From the NCBI GenBank assembly GCA_963841915.1, contig CAWJEN010000006.1:1248001-1312000 (forward strand): a DNA stretch of 64,000 nt, given 5' to 3'. The notes under the pieces are model-generated. The model worked only from the letters and a program-made list of their open reading frames with translations. It was not told the DNA's origin and made no database searches. Numbering within the stretch: the stretch's first letter is position 1; the number at the start of each line of letters is the position of its first letter. Made by a program: the position numbers and the translations under genes. This DNA is from an uncultured Planctomycetota bacterium. GTDB taxonomy: Bacteria; Planctomycetota; Phycisphaerae; Tepidisphaerales; Tepidisphaeraceae. Positions 59,511-64,000 of this stretch are shown in pieces.

Positions 59511-60331
59511 ACAACGCGAAGAACAGCTCGACATACTTGATGCACGACCCGCGCGAGGCGGCCCGTCTGGCCGGAAAGGTCGACGCGGCCGACTGGGTCG
59601 ACCAGCACGTGGCGCAGCTCCTCGACCGCACCGCGGGCGACGTTCTTGACGTGGGGTGCGGCCCCGGTGTTCTGGCGGCCGAGGCGGCACGCCGTTTGAA
59701 CGATGACGGTCACGTCACGGGCGTCGACCTTCACGCGGACCGCTTCGCGAGCAGTTCGGCCGGCATGATGGGATCGGGCCGATTGCCGCAGAACCTCACC
59801 CTGCGCGTCGGTAAAGCCGAAGACCTTCCTTTCGAAGACGGCACGTTCGGCCTGGCGTGGTGCCGGTTCTTGCTGGAGTACCTGCCCGACAAGCCGCGAG
59901 CTCTGGCCGAGATGGTCCGGGTTCTGAGGCCGGGCGGTCGCCTGCTGTTGCAGGACCTGGACGGGCAATTGCTCTGGCACGATCCGCCAGACCCGGAGCT
60001 CGAAGCGACCCTGAGCCGTGTTATGCCGGCCCTTGCCCGAGGCGGATTCGATCCGTTCGTAGGTCGCAAGCTCCGCGGGCTCGCGCTGGCCGCGGGGCTG
60101 GAGGTCGAGCGGGTCGAGGTTGCCCCGTACCACCTCTACGCAGGCCGCATTGACGAGATCAACGATCGGCTGTGGCAGGCGAAACTGGCGATCGCGCAGC
60201 CGGCCGTCGCCGCCGTCATTGGCGACAAAGAGTCCGAGCGGCTGTGTGCGCGATTTATGGACTATCTGAGGGACGACGCGACACTGACGTATTCGGTGCT
60301 CTTTACAGTGCTGGCACGCAAACCCGCATGA
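59507..60331 (+). CDS. class I SAM-dependent methyltransferase
   Basis: VLDVGCGPG, LPFEDGTF, LAEMVRVLRPGG, VGRKL. Confidence 0.88.
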   Translation: MNNAKNSSTYLMHDPREAARLAGKVDAADWVDQHVAQLLDRTAGDVLDVGCGPGVLAAEAARRLNDDGHVTGVDLHADRFASSSAGMMGSGRLPQNLTLRVGKAEDLPFEDGTFGLAWCRFLLEYLPDKPRALAEMVRVLRPGGRLLLQDLDGQLLWHDPPDPELEATLSRVMPALARGGFDPFVGRKLRGLALAAGLEVERVEVAPYHLYAGRIDEINDRLWQAKLAIAQPAVAAVIGDKESERLCARFMDYLRDDATLTYSVLFTVLARKPA

Positions 60332-60376
60332 CCTACGCCGGAGGCGGCTGTCGGTCGATTGGAGAAAGGAGGAAGC

Positions 60377-62748
60377 ATGAGTAGCCTTGTCGGTCGCGTC
60401 CTTTCGCCCGGTGACGACTCGGAAGTGCTCCGCCGCCTGACGCGGTGGCACCTCGCCGACAGCCGCGACCCGCCAGAGGACGTTTTTCAGGACCGCCCGG
60501 GAACTCGTCGAACCCCTTCGGCGTCGCATGGACCGACTGAGGCAGGTCTCGAGCGGCGATCGACGTCCTGGACGATGCCGAGGCGATGGGGAAGACGCCT
60601 GCGTCGGTCGGGCTGTACCGCATCGTTTGTCGTGTAGGCGAAGGTGCCAACGGCGTCGTTTATGAGGCGATCCACAGCGTCACGAGCAAGCGCGTGGCCT
60701 TGAAGCTGCTCGTCGGCCTGCGGCACGCTTCCGACCACGCCCGCCGACGCTTCGCCCGCGAAGCGGAGTTAGCCAGCCAGCTCGACCACCCGAACACGGC
60801 CACCGTGTTCGACGCAGGCGACGTCGACGGCGTGCCTTTCCTGGCAATGGCTTTTATCGACGGCGAGCCCTTGAGCAGAGACGAGCGTGGTGCAGGGTCC
60901 AGCCGGTCTTCATCTTCGCGGGAGACGGTTGCTCTCTTCATTCAAGCCTGTCGCGGGGTCGAGCACGCTCACGCCAAGGGCTTGATCCATCGCGACCTTG
61001 AAGCCGACGAACATCCTCGTCGGCCGGAACGGGCGACCCGTCATCGTCGACTTCGGCTTGGCGAAACAGGCGAATGAGACTACGTCGTCCCTCAGCCTTG
61101 ATGCACGGTTCGAGGCACAGTCACCTTTGCCAGCCCGGAGCAGTGCCGCGACGAATCAGGCGACGTGCGGAGCAACATCTATTCGCTGGGCGTCGTGCTG
61201 TTCGGCCTGCTTGTACCGAACGCGCACCCGCACAACCTCGACGGCACGGAATGGCAGTTCACGAGCGGATCGCCTTCGAACGACGCCCGGCTTCTGCGGC
61301 ATGTCGATCGCAGGATCGACCGCGACCTTGATGCCGTCGTCGCCAAGGCATCGAACGCGAGCCGAACCGCAGGTATGCGACAACATCGGCATTGATCGAC
61401 GACCTCGAACGCTGGCTGAATGGCCGGCCGGTACAGGCGAGGCCGGCGTCTCTCGGATACGTCGCCCGGAAGTGGATCGGCCGACATCGGGGGCGCATGG
61501 CCGTCATCGCCACCGTTGCCCTGCTGATCGTCACCGTCGCGGCTGCGGCGTCATGGCGTGTGGTCTGCACAACGGGACGGCGAGCTGTTCGGGCGGCTGC
61601 CGAGACGGCCGAAGCCGTGAACGCGTTTCTTGAAGACCTGCTATCCGCCGCCGATCCATTTGGCGGGGGGACACACGACTTGACCGTCGCCGAGGTACTT
61701 GCCGCTGCGGACGAGCGTGTCGCAGCCGAGTTCGCGGACCGGCCGCTGATCGAGGCCCGGCTACGTCGCGTGATCGGACGAACCCTCCTCGAACTCGACC
61801 GACCCGCCGAAGCCGAACCGCACCTGCACGGGCCGTCGAGCTTCTCACACGATACGTCGGTCCGGACGATGCCCGGACCCTCGAAGCCCAACTGGCCCTC
61901 TGCCGCTTCCTTTTGGCGACATGGCAGAACGACGAAGCGGAGCCAATCCTTCGACGTTGTTCGCCGGTCGACAAACCAACTCGGCACAGTGCCGCCAACA
62001 GACCTTCGACGCACGCCGACGCCTTTATCTCATGTTAAGTGAGACCGGCCAGACCGCCGAAGCCGCGGAGGGACTGGAAGCACTTTATAACGACGTCACA
62101 CTCGTGAGGCCTGAGTCCCATCCGCAATTTATCTGGTCGCTGGGGGCGATCGCCATCTGTCAAAGCACGCACGGGAGCTTGGGAGGCTGCACTACCGGTT
62201 GCACGCCGGACGCTGAAGCTCGCAGAATTGCACGTCGGCCCTGATCATGCAGGCACGTTGAGTTGGGTGATGAACGTCGCGGAAATGGGGGGAAAGGGCC
62301 AAACGGGCGATTTTGATGAAGCCATCCGGCTGCACCGAGAAAATGTCGCCCGCCGGACTGGCACGTGTGGCGAGAACCACAATGCGACATGGTTCGGCCG
62401 ACAAAACCTCGCGTAATCGTTGTTGCTTCGTGGTGCTCCTAGCGACGTCGAGGAGGCGGCAAACATCCTGCAGGACCTTCGTCGACGCCAGCCGGCCGAA
62501 CCGACTGGCTGCCGACCCGGCTGGATGCGGACCTGATGCTGGTCGAGGCCCTGCACACGCTGGGCCGCGACGCCGAAGCCGAATCCGTTCTGGCCGAAAA
62601 CGAAGCATGGGCAGAACAGATCCTGACGCTCGACCGCCCGTCCGTCGCCTGGCTCGTCCGATGGTCCCGCCACCTCGCTACCGCAAAGGCGACCACACCC
62701 GATGGCACATCGCCGCATCAGCCGCTGTCGCAGGTTCGTACGGCCTAG
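60377..62748 (+). pseudogene. Hanks-type Ser/Thr kinase with TM and TPR-like region, many frameshifts
   Basis: SD AAGGAGG; GEGANGVVY, VALK, HRDL/KPTNIL, DFGLAK, IYSLGVVL, DLERWLNGRPVQAR, AVNAFLEDLL spread over several frames. Confidence 0.82.
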
Positions 62749-62889
62749 ACGCACCTCAGACTCAGCGGTTTCATCGCACCCACGTGTTCGAATCAAGGAA
62801 CCGAAGATTTTTGGCATAGGGCGACATCGGCTCCCGCAAGACCACGTAGCGGCGTCGCGACGGGCGGCCTGCCCAACCACCCACGGGAG

Positions 62890-63488
62890 CACATCCAGTT
62901 CCATCGCTTCAACCTCATCCTCGGCGGCCTCGCCCTCTCAGTCGCCGGCACGGCCTCCGCCGACGTCCTGGGCGGCCCGGTCGATCCCACCAACGGCCAC
63001 AGCTACTATCTCCTGGAGCAGGACACTTGGACCAACAGCGAAGCCTTTGCTGTCTGGGCGGCCACCTTGTGACGATGATGACGCGGAGGAGGATGAGTAG
63101 GTCTACGACACCTTCGCCAGCTTCGGCAACGTCGATCGGAACCTCTGATAGGTTTCAACGATGTGGCGGACGAAGGCACCTTCGTCTGGTCAGTGGTGAG
63201 ACGCCCGGTTACACCAATTGGGCAATCAACAAACCGGACGGCCCGGACGGTGCAGACTACGGGCACATCATAAGTCCGGCTGGCAGCTCTCCCGGCCAGG
63301 TGTGGGATGACCTTTCCGACGTCATTGAAGACGGGCGGAGCCCAATCAACCCAAATCATGGTGTTGTCGAGGTAGTCCCCGAGCCCGCCGCCGCCGGCCT
63401 GCTGGGTGCGGGACTCCTCGTCACGCTCCTCCGCCGGCGTCACACTCCGAATCTGAGCTGCGCTCTCGCGATGCCTCTCCGTGCATAA
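62890..63488 (+). pseudogene. PEP-CTERM C-type-lectin-domain protein, frameshifted
   Basis: Stitched NGHSYYL..TWTNSEA..GGHLVT..IGFND..EGTFVW..YTNW; C-terminal VPEP-TM-RRRH; start codon not intact. Confidence 0.75.
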
Positions 63489-63570
63489 GTCTGGAAGACC
63501 GTTCGCCGAGGCAAACGCGGAATAACTACTAACTCTTCAGACATCCTTCGAGCTCAACACCCTAAATCAG

Positions 63571-64000
63571 ATGATCTTTCCACGCTTGATTTTTGCTGCC
63601 GTTCTCACGCCTTTCCTCTTGCTTACGGTGGGGACTTGGTCAACGCAATGTCGCCTCAACAGCCTGCGTTGGCGGAGGCGGCGGCGACGAGTTTCGATGG
63701 GTCATTCCTGAGGGCGGTCGGATCACCGGCGTGCAGCCGATCGGCGACAAGCGAATAGATGGCCTACGTATCTACTATGTCGATAAGAACGGTGATAAGC
63801 ATCACACCGGCTGGAACGACGATGAGAATGGAGGTGGAATGTGGCTTGAGTATTTCGACATCCCGACCGGTACCTTCCTAGTCGGCATCTCGGGACGCAC
63901 CGGAAGAAGGGTTGATCAACTTAAGTTTCACCTCAACAACGGAGACGCGAGCATTAGCTACGGCGGGAACGGAGGAAATGCATTCGAATTGATGACCAAT
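63571..64000 (+). CDS. jacalin-like lectin, exported; 3' truncated, one frameshift after the signal peptide
   Basis: VGGGGGDEF..ITGV..RIDGLRIYY..LVGISGRTGRRVDQLKFH..YGGNGGNAF open to the window end; lower GC than the rest. Confidence 0.7.

Overview
GC-rich bacterial chromosomal window. The gene content (PEP-CTERM and dockerin-like exported proteins, a prepilin/H-X9-DG protein, an ECF sigma factor paired with a Ser/Thr kinase) points to Planctomycetota, probably Phycisphaerae; this is an inference. Positions 1-54.9 kb are mostly intact housekeeping and metabolic genes (sulP, GH2 beta-galactosidase, kdgK-eda, ppk1, acnA, purM, sulfatase, arfB, coaD, manA, phoH, nhaP, rsmG, guaA, mscS-family, katG) plus tRNA-Thr(CGT) and tRNA-Arg(TCG). 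Positions 54.9-64 kb are accessory and heavily frameshifted, possibly from read errors: GNAT, a 21-bp tandem array, NERD, then ECF sigma, an unknown GNAT-like gene, a methyltransferase, a Ser/Thr kinase and two lectins. Signals not in the ORF track: three parS palindromes; a TANNNT-6 nt-start codon (leaderless) layout on at least 16 genes, including a bidirectional promoter; a 24-aa bS22-like basic protein; a 56-aa membrane protein; and a ~450-nt structured leader with a c-di-GMP-I-like end. No CRISPR array, integrase, transposase or reverse transcriptase was recognised. All product calls come from motif recognition by eye, not from database searches.
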